Assembly (NCBI GenBank): GCA_030150485.1
Contig: JASLFZ010000061.1
Span: 1-24,000, forward strand
Length of the DNA: 24,000 nt
DNA from: Candidatus Saccharimonadales bacterium
Lineage (GTDB): Bacteria > Patescibacteriota > Saccharimonadia > UBA4664 > SCTI01
Direction: 5' to 3'
The notes beneath the pieces were generated by a model that saw only the letters and a program-made list of their open reading frames with translations, had not been told where the DNA came from and did no database searches. Position numbers and translations under genes: made by a program. Below, in pieces: positions 9,660 to 18,600 of the stretch (positions are counted from its first letter, which is position 1; each line of letters opens with the position of its first letter).

Positions 9660-10397
9660 CTATTCATTAATAATATCAAGCAATACGTTGATAGGAGTTG
9701 TAAGGCTTGCTGCGCTGACGGATTCAAGGGTGGCCGCCTGGCTAATATCATAGCTGCCTACTTGTGTACGGCGCAGACTGCTCAAATAGGCACCAGTTGA
9801 CAGCTGCGTGCCGATATCCTCCCCCAATGTACGGATATAGGTTCCGCTGGAGACGCTGGCCTCAAACCTGACATGGGGGTAAGTGTAATCCAGCAGCTTA
9901 ATAGCGTGGATGGTCACGCGGCGGGGTGGCATTTCGACGGTCTTACCCTGGCGAGCCAGCTTGTAGGCCCGCACACCGTTGATCTTAATAGCCGAGTACT
10001 GGTTAGGCGTTTGGGTAATTTCACCGGTAAAGTACTCTAAAGCGGCTGTAACCTCCTTTTGAGTAGGCTGGCGGTCCGAAACGGGGGTCAACTCCCCTTC
10101 GGCGTCTCCGGTGCTCGAGTTCGCGCCGAGCGTCATTTCAGCTACATAGGTTTTATCGAGACCGACCAGCTGGCTGGCCTGCTTAGTAGCCGAGCCCAAC
10201 AGCATTAGCATCAGGCCGGTTGCCATTGGGTCGAGCGTACCCGCATGGCCAATTTTACGGACGCCGGTCTGACGACGCAGTGCCCGAACAATGTCGAACG
10301 AGCTAATACCAGATGGTTTATCAATCAAGAGGAGGCCACTCGGCCCTAGAGTCGCAGGTATCGGCTTAATACTCAAATTCGTCGAGGCGCTGGGCAA
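9660..10397 (-). CDS. truB: tRNA pseudouridine(55) synthase TruB
   Basis: GLLLIDKPSGISSFDIVRALRRQTGVRKIGHAGTLDPMATGLMLMLLGSATK; catalytic GTLDPMATG. Confidence 0.95.
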   Translation of the reverse strand: MPSASTNLSIKPIPATLGPSGLLLIDKPSGISSFDIVRALRRQTGVRKIGHAGTLDPMATGLMLMLLGSATKQASQLVGLDKTYVAEMTLGANSSTGDAEGELTPVSDRQPTQKEVTAALEYFTGEITQTPNQYSAIKINGVRAYKLARQGKTVEMPPRRVTIHAIKLLDYTYPHVRFEASVSSGTYIRTLGEDIGTQLSTGAYLSSLRRTQVGSYDISQAATLESVSAASLTTPINVLLDIINE

Positions 10398-11814
10398 ACA
10401 TGGGGTTGTTGGTCGGGTTGGTGGGCTTAGCTGGCTGGACAGGGCGAGCCGGGCGACGATCGCTGGTGTCGTTGATGAGTGGCTCCGGCTCGGTGGTCAT
10501 GAGCGGGTTAGCTGGGTGACTCGAGGAGTTCGCAGCGGGACGCTCATTCTCGATGTGCTGCGGAGGCAGGAGCTCTTCCAGGGCGGACGATTCGGCCTCG
10601 GCCTCTTGAGGCGACGATGGTACGGCCGGCACGGGGAACTCGGGCTGGTTGGGCTCAGAATCGGACTGCTTAGGCGCCTCGGGTGCGGGTTCTGGTGATG
10701 GTGTGGGGGCAGGCTGCGCTACGGGAGCGGCCGGAAGCTCCGGTTGGTCGTAGCTAGGCGCCGAAGGCAAGGTCGGTTGAGATACCGGTGCCGGTTGTGG
10801 CTCCGGGTCAGCTGGCTGAATCGGCTGAGGACGCGGGGTAGGCGGCTGCGATGGAGCCTGAGACTGAGATTGCGGTGCAGGCGCAAAGGGCTGCGGCTGT
10901 CTTTGGAACATAGGGGCCTCCGGTGATTGGGTTGGTTGGGACGAGCTAGCCGCTTGGGCTACGGGACGCGATTCGCGGTCCTGATTGCGGTTACGCGTCG
11001 GAGCAGATGATTGCGGCGCCGGTCGCTTATCGCGATCAGCCCGCTCGCGCTCGGTGCGCTCTCGGTAGAGACCTTTGACGATCTTTTGTTGGTCGGCGCC
11101 CATAGCGAGCATCTGGGCGGCCACGGTCATGGTTTTGGCGGTAGTGTGGGTCGCGGTAAAGCGATCGGTTGCGGCCATAATACCGGTCAACATAGTTGTA
11201 GCGATTTGCTCATCGATAAGGCCATTCTGGAGCGACTCCGAGAGCGCAATTAAAATTTCAGCCAAGCTGGCAGCTGAGGTCTCTACCAGGTTGATGGCAC
11301 CATACTGTTCATTAATGCGGTGAAAATCGATGTTGGCGAGCGGGATTTTGCGCAAAAGCTCGGCGTTCTGCGCGTACACCTTATCGATACGACTGTAGGA
11401 TGCTACTCCGAGCACGATAATGAGGTCAAACTGGTACTCGCCAAAGGCGTAACCCATATCGCGCGGGCCAAAACTGCCAGCAAAGGGAGTGATGTGGATA
11501 TTGAGCTTCCCCTCTTCGATGGTGTACTTAAGCTTATCAACCTCGGCGTGGCCTAAATCGACTTGCACGATAAAATCGCGCAGGCCACCAAGCGTGCGCT
11601 CAATCAGGTTGGTAGACAAAAACTTGGTACCGGCCGGAATGTCATCGCTGATGACGGCCGTGACTTTTTTGCCATATTTCCGCAGGAGAGCTGATAGCGC
11701 AATAGTCGAAGCCACCTGGTCGATTGACGGGTGTTGACCGGTCATAATCAGGATGGTTTCGGCTTGGCGGATCGCCTCCGACGTTTGTTGTTTGGGAGTT
11801 AGTTCTTTATCCAT
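10366..11814 (-). CDS. DHH-family phosphoesterase-like protein with degenerate motifs and a long Pro/Gln-rich C-terminal tail
   Basis: TGQHPSIDQVASTIALSALLRKYGKKVTAVISDD..., IANIDFHRINEQYGAINLVETSAASLAEIL-type architecture; tail from ~residue 275 rich in P/Q/E. Overlaps truB. Confidence 0.75.
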   Translation of the reverse strand: MDKELTPKQQTSEAIRQAETILIMTGQHPSIDQVASTIALSALLRKYGKKVTAVISDDIPAGTKFLSTNLIERTLGGLRDFIVQVDLGHAEVDKLKYTIEEGKLNIHITPFAGSFGPRDMGYAFGEYQFDLIIVLGVASYSRIDKVYAQNAELLRKIPLANIDFHRINEQYGAINLVETSAASLAEILIALSESLQNGLIDEQIATTMLTGIMAATDRFTATHTTAKTMTVAAQMLAMGADQQKIVKGLYRERTERERADRDKRPAPQSSAPTRNRNQDRESRPVAQAASSSQPTQSPEAPMFQRQPQPFAPAPQSQSQAPSQPPTPRPQPIQPADPEPQPAPVSQPTLPSAPSYDQPELPAAPVAQPAPTPSPEPAPEAPKQSDSEPNQPEFPVPAVPSSPQEAEAESSALEELLPPQHIENERPAANSSSHPANPLMTTEPEPLINDTSDRRPARPVQPAKPTNPTNNPMFAQRLDEFEY

Positions 11815-11835
11815 ACTTGACTCTGGGAATTATTT

Positions 11836-11864
11836 ATTTTATCAAGAAAGTCCCTATCTGTCAA
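11836..11864 (-). promoter_or_regulatory. Predicted promoter for the DHH-like gene
   Basis: Minus strand TTGACA (11864-11859) - 17 nt - TAAAAT (11841-11836). Confidence 0.7.
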
Positions 11865-11909
11865 TACCTGGACGCTGCTTATGGTTTTTAGGTGTTCGCA
11901 GGCTCCTGC

Positions 11910-11938
11910 TTTACAAGCCGGCTTAGATGCGCTAAAAT
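11910..11938 (+). promoter_or_regulatory. Predicted promoter for rpsT
   Basis: Plus strand TTTACA (11910-11915) - 17 nt - TAAAAT (11933-11938); the -10 box ends 10 nt before the ATG. Confidence 0.65.
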
Positions 11939-11948
11939 CTCATCTGTT

Positions 11949-12317
11949 ATGCCGATTATTGCATCCGCCATTAAACGAGTCCGCCAGCAGGCCAAGCGTC
12001 GCAGCCGCAACCTGCAGGTTAAGCGTGCCATCCACAACGATGTGCGCGCCTTTACGGATGCGGTCGCAACTGGCGACGCGAAAGTAATTAGCGAGACGCT
12101 GGTCGCCGCCATCAGCGAGATTGACCGAGCGGTTAAAAAGGGTACGATTCACCGTAACACCGCCGGGCGGCGTAAGTCGCAGCTGCAAAAGCTAGCCAAC
12201 AGTGCCCAGAGCGAAGCGCCCACCAAGCCAGCCCCTAAGGCTAAACCCGCTACTAAAGCTAAGGCCGCGGCCAAGCCGAAAGCCAAACCAAAGGCCAAAA
12301 CGGCTAAATCCTCTTAA
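11949..12317 (+). CDS. rpsT: 30S ribosomal protein S20 with Lys/Ala/Pro-rich C-terminal extension
   Basis: MPIIASAIKRVRQQAKRRSRNLQVKRAIHNDVRAFTDAV...DRAVKKGTIHRNTAGRRKSQLQKLAN, S20-like, then APTKPAPKAKPATKAKAAAKPKAKPKAKTAKSS. Confidence 0.92.
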   Translation: MPIIASAIKRVRQQAKRRSRNLQVKRAIHNDVRAFTDAVATGDAKVISETLVAAISEIDRAVKKGTIHRNTAGRRKSQLQKLANSAQSEAPTKPAPKAKPATKAKAAAKPKAKPKAKTAKSS

Positions 12318-12343
12318 AACCCGGTCACGCGACCGGGTTTTTT
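12317..12343 (+). terminator. Intrinsic terminator of rpsT
   Basis: AACCCGGTC-ACGC-GACCGGGTT followed by a T tract. Confidence 0.93.
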
Positions 12344-12357
12344 GATAGACTAATGGC

Positions 12358-12552
12358 ATGAAGGCGACCGCTGATACCCTACGAGCACAGATTATAGAAC
12401 GCAGCGAGACGCTGGCCGAGCACGTTAAGCTGCTGCGTGACTACGCCACCACCCCAGATAATGTGTGGCTCGCGCGCGGTGAGCTTAATCATATTAGTGA
12501 GTATGTCGGCGAGCTCGAGGGGCTACTAACTCAGCTCAAGCAGGCCGATTAA
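12358..12552 (+). CDS. Hypothetical 64-aa protein
   Basis: MKATADTLRAQIIERSETLAEHVKLLRDYATTPDNVWLARGELNHISEYVGELEGLLTQLKQAD; fills the gap between rpsT and holA with a convergent 3' overlap. Confidence 0.6.
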   Translation: MKATADTLRAQIIERSETLAEHVKLLRDYATTPDNVWLARGELNHISEYVGELEGLLTQLKQAD

Positions 12553-13484
12553 GCGGCCACCTTGCCCGCAACATCATAAATAAGCTGCTCAACCAGTATA
12601 TCGGCCGAGCCGGCACCCGACTTAATGCGATAATCGGTATCTACTGCCTGCAAAAAGGCGGCTTTTAGGCAGTCTTTATCAAGAGCATGCCGGTGAGACA
12701 GCATTTTGCCGGCCACAAATGGCGACATGGCGGCGGTTTTCGCCAAGACGGCCGGGGTGGTATCCCCCGCAACTTTAGCGAACAACAGGTTACGCAGCTG
12801 CCAAATCACCATGCTCAACATGTACATTTCATTAAGTCCGTCGTCACGCAGCTGGCGATATAGCCGCGAGGCGACCGCCAGCTTGCCAGCGGTCATGGCC
12901 TCTACCAGGTTAAAGATGGTTTCGGAGTGGCCCTCCTCCACCATATCGCCGACGTCCTCTGCGGTAATCGGCGAGGCGTGGGCGGCCAGCTTGGCAATTT
13001 CGTTACTCAGACGCCACTGATCCTCGCCGGCCAGATCAAGCAAGCGCCCCACAGCGGGGCGCTCGATGGTAGCACCGGCCGCTGCGGCCTGGCGCACCAC
13101 CCACTGATGGAGCTTAGGGGTAGTAAGCGGCTCAAACTTAATGGGTTTTGCGATCTTGGTGAGAGCTTTAAAGTAGGCTGTGCGCTGATCGGCGGCGGCA
13201 TCGTAGAATACCGCTACGGTAGTTTCGGGGACGTCCTCGAGGTACTTTGCAATCTGCGGCGCCACCACTTTATTAGTACCCAGAGCCTCAATAATGACCA
13301 GCCGGCTGGTAGTCAAAAAAGGAGCTGCCTGCAGTGCGCCAACCAGTTCGTCGGCCTTGAGCTTGGCCCCATCGAGTCGCTCGAGGCCTAAATCACCGCC
13401 GGTTTTCTTGCGGTATTCGGCGGTCAGCTTGGCGAGCTGCTGGCGGGCAGCATAGGTGTTAGGGCCATAAAAAAACAGGATCAT
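12549..13484 (-). CDS. holA: DNA polymerase III subunit delta
   Basis: MILFFYGPNTYAARQQLAKLTAEY...RLVIIEALGTNKVVAPQIAKYLED...LSNEIAKLAAH...; HolA-like, adjacent to rpsT as in many bacteria. Confidence 0.85.
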   Translation of the reverse strand: MILFFYGPNTYAARQQLAKLTAEYRKKTGGDLGLERLDGAKLKADELVGALQAAPFLTTSRLVIIEALGTNKVVAPQIAKYLEDVPETTVAVFYDAAADQRTAYFKALTKIAKPIKFEPLTTPKLHQWVVRQAAAAGATIERPAVGRLLDLAGEDQWRLSNEIAKLAAHASPITAEDVGDMVEEGHSETIFNLVEAMTAGKLAVASRLYRQLRDDGLNEMYMLSMVIWQLRNLLFAKVAGDTTPAVLAKTAAMSPFVAGKMLSHRHALDKDCLKAAFLQAVDTDYRIKSGAGSADILVEQLIYDVAGKVAA

Positions 13485-13816
13485 TACAGCTCGGTGTACT
13501 TTTTGGAGTTGCCTTTGGCTTTCTCTACTGGATATTTTGCGATATTTTTAGCCATTTTGTGCCGAGCGGCAGCTGGCAAATCAATATCGGCATCGTGACA
13601 GAACAGGAGCAGCCCGTAGAGAATGTCGGCAGCCTCGTCTTTAACGGCCTCAAGGTCACTGATGTCGTCATCCCATAAAAAGTGCTGGAGCAGCTCCCCC
13701 GACTCGACGCTGATCTGGGCGGCCAGGTTGCGTAAGCTATGAAACTGCTTCCAATCGCGCTTGTTTCTGAATTCCAGGATCTGGCGCTGGAAGTCGGCTA
13801 GTGAATCCCCCTGCAT
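13484..13816 (-). CDS. MazG-like nucleotide pyrophosphohydrolase
   Basis: LRNLAAQISVESGELLQHFLWDD...EAVKDEAADILYGLLLFCHDADIDL: the ExxE...ExxD signature of MazG-like/dCTPase enzymes. Start MQGDSL at 13816. Confidence 0.85.
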   Translation of the reverse strand: MQGDSLADFQRQILEFRNKRDWKQFHSLRNLAAQISVESGELLQHFLWDDDISDLEAVKDEAADILYGLLLFCHDADIDLPAAARHKMAKNIAKYPVEKAKGNSKKYTEL

Positions 13817-13820
13817 AGAC

Positions 13821-14708
13821 CTATTGTAGCACCGAGCCTGGTGGCTTTTGGCAGCGTGGACAGAGATGGGTGCCACGGCCAGCCACGCGGGTTTTGATAA
13901 TTACGGTACCGCACACCGGGCAGGTTAGGCCCTGCCGTCGGAACACTCGGGAGTGATCGAAGTAGTTACCCTCGCCGCCGAGAGCGTTCACGTAGCTCGA
14001 AAAGCTGGTGCCACCGTATTTTATACCGAGAGCGATGATGGTCTTTATGGCCTCGTAGAGCCGTTTAACCTGGGCATTGGTAAGCTCGCCACAGGGAGTG
14101 GCTGGATGGATTTTAGCCAGATGGAGCGACTCATCGGCATAAATATTCCCGACACCCGCCACGGTAGATTGATCGAGAATAACGGCCTTAATGGGCGACC
14201 TGGGATGGCGCGCCAGCGTAGCAGCAAAACCTTTTAGCTCGAAGGCCTCGGTAAGGGGCTCGGGGCCAAGCCGGGCAATGAGGGTATCGCGTATGATTTC
14301 CGCGTCCGGAACCAGCTTAATCCAGCCAAAGATGCGCTGATCATTAAAATATAAGGTGCTGCCGTCGCTGAGGCGAAAGATAACCTTGGTGCTTTTATCA
14401 GGGAGTGTATCGGCCATACTCTTGGTGGGGTGCCCACCGGCATAGCGCTGGCCGTCAGCTTTGGCTAAAACCATCTGGCCGGTCATTTTAAGATGGAAAA
14501 GGAGACTGTAGCTGGTACTAAGGTGAATAATGAGGACTTTACCGCGACGATCGAGCCCGGTAATGGTGGCGCCAATGGCTTGAGCATCGGCCAGCTCGGC
14601 AGACGACTGGAATGATTTAGGATGCAGCACCTCGATATCGGTAATCTCCAGCCCGAGGGTCTTTTGCTCCAGCCCGAGGCGGATGGTTTCAACTTCTGGC
14701 AGTTCTGG
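13821..14708 (-). CDS. mutM: Formamidopyrimidine-DNA glycosylase
   Basis: MPELPEVETIRLGLEQ start at 14708, C-terminal zinc finger CPVCGTVIIKTRVAGRGTHLCPRCQ. Confidence 0.95.
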   Translation of the reverse strand, partial: PELPEVETIRLGLEQKTLGLEITDIEVLHPKSFQSSAELADAQAIGATITGLDRRGKVLIIHLSTSYSLLFHLKMTGQMVLAKADGQRYAGGHPTKSMADTLPDKSTKVIFRLSDGSTLYFNDQRIFGWIKLVPDAEIIRDTLIARLGPEPLTEAFELKGFAATLARHPRSPIKAVILDQSTVAGVGNIYADESLHLAKIHPATPCGELTNAQVKRLYEAIKTIIALGIKYGGTSFSSYVNALGGEGNYFDHSRVFRRQGLTCPVCGTVIIKTRVAGRGTHLCPRCQKPPGSVLQ

Positions 14709-14791
14709 CATGGCACTATTGTAGCCTAAGCGTGCGAACGGCGCGGGAATCTGGTTTAGATTCCCGCGCCGTGGAGTACAGCGATCTGATT

Positions 14792-15181
14792 TCAGGCGGC
14801 CAGCGGAAGTGGGTCGGCGACCGGTAGCGGGGCTACGTTGCTTGTGCGAACCTGGTCGGCTCGCTCGCGGATGAGGGCGACCGCCGGGGGAACCAGGAAG
14901 TTGATGGCCCATATGTGAAGCTGGGAGTCATCCTCCAGGATATCCCTGGTTGGCGGAATCGGTGCGAAGTCCGTCTGTGAGAGGTGCTCGGAAAGCAGTC
15001 CGAGTTCATCTCGAGACATTCTGCCTACCAGCCTTCGAGCGGCTGTTTCGAGGCCAAGTGTGTGCCCCCGAGTGATCCCAAGAGCCTCGTCCTCGAGGCA
15101 CTCGAATACGTCGTTGACGGGGTCGGTTGCGTGCAAAAGCTGGGGCCGTGAATCGGATCGTACTATGGTAAGGCCTGACAT
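14792..15181 (-). CDS. Hypothetical protein
   Basis: 129-aa ORF, possible promoter TTGCGC-17-TATAAC upstream on the minus strand; no recognised domain. Confidence 0.55.
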   Translation of the reverse strand: MSGLTIVRSDSRPQLLHATDPVNDVFECLEDEALGITRGHTLGLETAARRLVGRMSRDELGLLSEHLSQTDFAPIPPTRDILEDDSQLHIWAINFLVPPAVALIRERADQVRTSNVAPLPVADPLPLAA

Positions 15182-15353
15182 GGTCGTTGCCTTTCTATCG
15201 AGTTGCCCTGCGTCATGCTCAGCTACTTCTTGTTATACGCTCAAGTAAGCATAAGCGCAATAACTCACATCTTGACGTGAAGGCTTGCAATCTATAGCGT
15301 AAGGAGTATCATACAAGCGTTCTTCACAACTTGGCTATCAAGGAGAAGTAGTC

Positions 15354-15548
15354 ATGGCGGCTAATGCTAGGGGGCTCTATCGCCTAACGGTAAGGATGAA
15401 TACCCTCGGTGTAAATTTGGTTCGCTGCCAGGATCCAAAGGGGCAAGAACGTATAAAGGCTCGAATTTTTGAGCTCAAAGCCCAATACGATCAACTGGAC
15501 AGAGAAGTTTACGAACAGCAAGTCGGAAAGCAGCTGCAAGCAGCATGA
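15354..15548 (+). CDS. Hypothetical 64-aa protein
   Basis: AAGGAG Shine-Dalgarno 8 nt upstream of ATG (tcaaggagaagtagtcATG); basic/charged protein. Confidence 0.6.
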   Translation: MAANARGLYRLTVRMNTLGVNLVRCQDPKGQERIKARIFELKAQYDQLDREVYEQQVGKQLQAA

Positions 15549-15796
15549 GTGCCATCGAAACACTGGTTCGATTCACAGGCTCACGCCCAACAGCAACACT
15601 GAGCGTTGCCGGAGCAACCTGCGAGCGCATTCCTCTCGCAACCGCTCGAGCACGTCTCGGCGACCCGCAGCTGAGCGGAGGTGGCTTCCGCCTTGTGTGT
15701 TACAGCGCCGAGTCAGCCTCTTCGGTAGCTGGTCTACTCCAGGAGCTTCAGAAGCGAGGCGGTCTCACCGTTCTCCCAAGGAAGCTAACTCTCTAA
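15545..15796 (+). CDS. Hypothetical 83-aa protein, translationally coupled to the previous ORF
   Basis: ATGA overlap with the preceding stop. Confidence 0.5.
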   Translation: MSAIETLVRFTGSRPTATLSVAGATCERIPLATARARLGDPQLSGGGFRLVCYSAESASSVAGLLQELQKRGGLTVLPRKLTL

Positions 15797-15818
15797 CTCT
15801 GCCGAGGCTCTCGGCAGT

Positions 15819-15856
15819 CCGCAGGATCTCACTTGGTGAGGTCCTGCGGACCTCAC
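15819..15856 (+). repeat. Overlapping alternative inverted repeats in the convergent small ORF/polA junction
   Basis: CCGCAGGATCTCAC-TTG-GTGAGGTCCTGCGG (14 bp incl. one U-G on plus) overlapping GTGAGGTCC-TGC-GGACCTCAC (9 bp perfect). Confidence 0.75.
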
Positions 15857-15860
15857 GCAA

Positions 15861-18578
15861 TTATAAATCACCCCAGCTTTTACCAATAGCTGTATCGGCA
15901 GCAATAGGTACGCCCAGATCGTACACGTTTTCCATGGTGTCTTTCATCAGCTTGGCAACCACGTCGCCTTGAGACTCGTCGGCTTCGACGATAAGCTCGT
16001 CGTGAATTTGCAGTAACAGCTGCGCGCCTTCGGGAAGTTTAGGCGCCAGGGCGATCATGGCAAGCTTCATAATATCGGCGGCGGTGCCCTGCAGCGGTAC
16101 GTTTACTGCCATGCGTTCGGCAGCGTTACGGATCTGGAAGTTACTGGAATTAATTTCGGGACAGGGGCGACGGCGGCCAAGCAGCGTGGCGGTGTACTCG
16201 TGCTCGCGGGCAAACTCTTTGGTAGCCTCAATGTAGGCGGCCAGTGGCTGGCGAATCTCAAAGTAACGTTTAATGAACTCCCCCGCTTCCTCGCGGTTCA
16301 TGCCGGTCGCCACACTCAACCCATGGGGGCTCATGCCATACATTACGCCGAAGTTAATGGTTTTGGCGCTGTAGCGTTGCTCCTTGGTAACCTTATCGAG
16401 CGAGATTCCAAACATTTCGGCGGCGGTCTGCTGGTGCAGATCAATCCCCCGCTTGAAGGTTTCAATCATGTTCTTATCTTTGCTGAGTGCCGCGGCCACC
16501 CGGAGCTCAATCTGGGAGTAATCGGCGCTCACAAGCACGCGACCCTTTGGCGCTATAAAGGCTTTGCGGATTTCACGACCAAGCTCGGTGCGAACGGGAA
16601 TGTTCTGCAAGTTAGGATCAGTAGAGCTGAGGCGCCCGGTCTGGGCAATGGTCTGATTAAAGCGTGTATGGATGCGGCCGTGCTTATCAACGAGCTGAGG
16701 TAATGCCTCAACGTACGTAGAACGCAGTTTAGTAAGCTCCCGGTACTCGCTAATTAGCGGGACGATGGGATGAGCGTCGCGCAACTTTTCCAGCTCGGTG
16801 GCAGCGGTGGAAAAGCCGGTTTTGCCTTTCTTTACGCCAACTTTATTGAGGTCCAGCTTAGTAAAGAGAATGTCGGCGAGCTGGGAGGGCGAGGCAATGT
16901 TAAACTGATCGCCGGCCAGGTCCCAGATTTGCTGCTGTAGCTTGGCAATTTCGGCGGTTAACTTTTCATTAAACTTAATGAGAAAGTCACTATCGAGCTG
17001 GATGCCGGTGAGCTCCATATCACCTAATACTTCGATAAGCGGCCATTCGGTTGCGGCGCCGAGCTTATCCAAGCCGGCAGATTTGAGCTCGGGACGCAGC
17101 CGTTCGTAGAGGCGCCAGGTCATATCGGCGTCTTCGGCGGCGTAGCGCGTGGCGGGCTCGATCGCTACCGCGTCGAAGGTGATCTGAGTGCGCCCGCTGC
17201 CAATCACCTCACTAATGGGAATCATTTCGAAGCCAAACTCTTTATACACCAGATCATCAAGCGATTGGCTGCGGCCCAGCGGGTTGAGCAAAAAGGCGGC
17301 TATCATGGTGTCGAAAGCGATGTTCCGCGGCGTAACGCCGTGACGTTTGAGGATCTTGTAGTCGTACTTGGCGTTATGGGCCACCTTGGCAATCGCAGGA
17401 TTCTCAAACACCTCTTTGATGGCAGCGCAAACCTCATTACGCTTTAATTGAGTGCCCTCGGTATGCGCCACCGGGATATAGTAGGCCTCCCCTGTCTTCA
17501 CGCTAACCGAGATACCCACGAGATCGGCTACGATTTCATTAACGCTGGTGGTTTCGGTATCAAAGGCAAAGGCGGAAACGGCCGACAGCGTTTTGACTAG
17601 ATCATTAAGTTTGGCAGCCGTATCAACGGTCTCGTAGCGAACGTCGTCGAGGTGGGCGCGCGTTTTCTCCACGGCAACGGCATCGTTAAATAAGGTTGGA
17701 GCGGTAGTAATTTCTGGCGGCAGCTTGGTCAGAAGATTCTTAAACTCCAGGCGGCGGAACAGCTCGTGCGTGGCAGCGCGATCATACTTACCGAGCTCGG
17801 CCGGCTCAAGCTCGAGCTTAATTGGCGCATCACAGACGATAGTGCTTAATTTTTGGCTTAAATAAGCCATATCTTTGCTATCCACCAGACGCTCCTTCAG
17901 CTTACCCTTCAGCTCGTCAACGTGCTCATAGACGCCATCCAAGCTGCCATAGGTAGTGATCAAATCCTTGGCGGTCTTCTCCCCCACCCCCTCAACTCCA
18001 GGAATATTATCGGAAGCGTCCCCTTTAAGCGCCTTGAGATCGATAAACTGCTGGGGGTCCACGCCATAGCGCTCGTGCAGCGCCGCCAGGTCGTAAATAA
18101 CGGTATCGGTAAAACCGCGCCGCATGGTGTAGACCTTGGTGTTTTCGTCGATTAGCTGCAACTCATCAAGGTCGCCAGTCACAATGATAGTCTCAAGCCC
18201 ATGTTTTTTGGCCTGATGGCCCAGCGTACCAATAATGTCGTCAGCTTCATAGTTCTCGAGCTCAATCCAGGGCAAGCCGAGCGCCTCAGTAACCTCGCGC
18301 GTATAGGGAATTTGAGCATAAAGATCGTCCGGCTGCTTCTTGCGGTGGGCCTTGTAGGCGGGGTACAGCTCCTTTCGAAAGGTGGCGCTAGACTTATCCC
18401 AGGCAACAATAGCGTATTTAGGTTTCAGATCGGCTAGGACTTTTAGCAGAATAGTCGTAAAGCCAAAGGTAGCATTGGTGGGTACACCCTCGGAGTTGCT
18501 AAGGTGCGGTATGGCGTGGTAGCCCCGGTGAAATACCGCGCTCCCATCAACCAGAACGAGACGATCTTTTTTAGCCAT
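15861..18578 (-). CDS. polA: DNA polymerase I (5'-nuclease, 3'-5' exonuclease and polymerase domains)
   Basis: KDRLVLVDGSAVFHRGYHAI, DTETTSVNEI (exo I), DYSQIELRVAA, RYSAKTINFGVMYGMSPHGL, LLQIHDELIVE. Start MAKKDRL at 18578. Confidence 0.97.
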   Translation of the reverse strand: MAKKDRLVLVDGSAVFHRGYHAIPHLSNSEGVPTNATFGFTTILLKVLADLKPKYAIVAWDKSSATFRKELYPAYKAHRKKQPDDLYAQIPYTREVTEALGLPWIELENYEADDIIGTLGHQAKKHGLETIIVTGDLDELQLIDENTKVYTMRRGFTDTVIYDLAALHERYGVDPQQFIDLKALKGDASDNIPGVEGVGEKTAKDLITTYGSLDGVYEHVDELKGKLKERLVDSKDMAYLSQKLSTIVCDAPIKLELEPAELGKYDRAATHELFRRLEFKNLLTKLPPEITTAPTLFNDAVAVEKTRAHLDDVRYETVDTAAKLNDLVKTLSAVSAFAFDTETTSVNEIVADLVGISVSVKTGEAYYIPVAHTEGTQLKRNEVCAAIKEVFENPAIAKVAHNAKYDYKILKRHGVTPRNIAFDTMIAAFLLNPLGRSQSLDDLVYKEFGFEMIPISEVIGSGRTQITFDAVAIEPATRYAAEDADMTWRLYERLRPELKSAGLDKLGAATEWPLIEVLGDMELTGIQLDSDFLIKFNEKLTAEIAKLQQQIWDLAGDQFNIASPSQLADILFTKLDLNKVGVKKGKTGFSTAATELEKLRDAHPIVPLISEYRELTKLRSTYVEALPQLVDKHGRIHTRFNQTIAQTGRLSSTDPNLQNIPVRTELGREIRKAFIAPKGRVLVSADYSQIELRVAAALSKDKNMIETFKRGIDLHQQTAAEMFGISLDKVTKEQRYSAKTINFGVMYGMSPHGLSVATGMNREEAGEFIKRYFEIRQPLAAYIEATKEFAREHEYTATLLGRRRPCPEINSSNFQIRNAAERMAVNVPLQGTAADIMKLAMIALAPKLPEGAQLLLQIHDELIVEADESQGDVVAKLMKDTMENVYDLGVPIAADTAIGKSWGDL

Positions 18579-18600
18579 ATTCCCAGTATACCAAGCGGGC

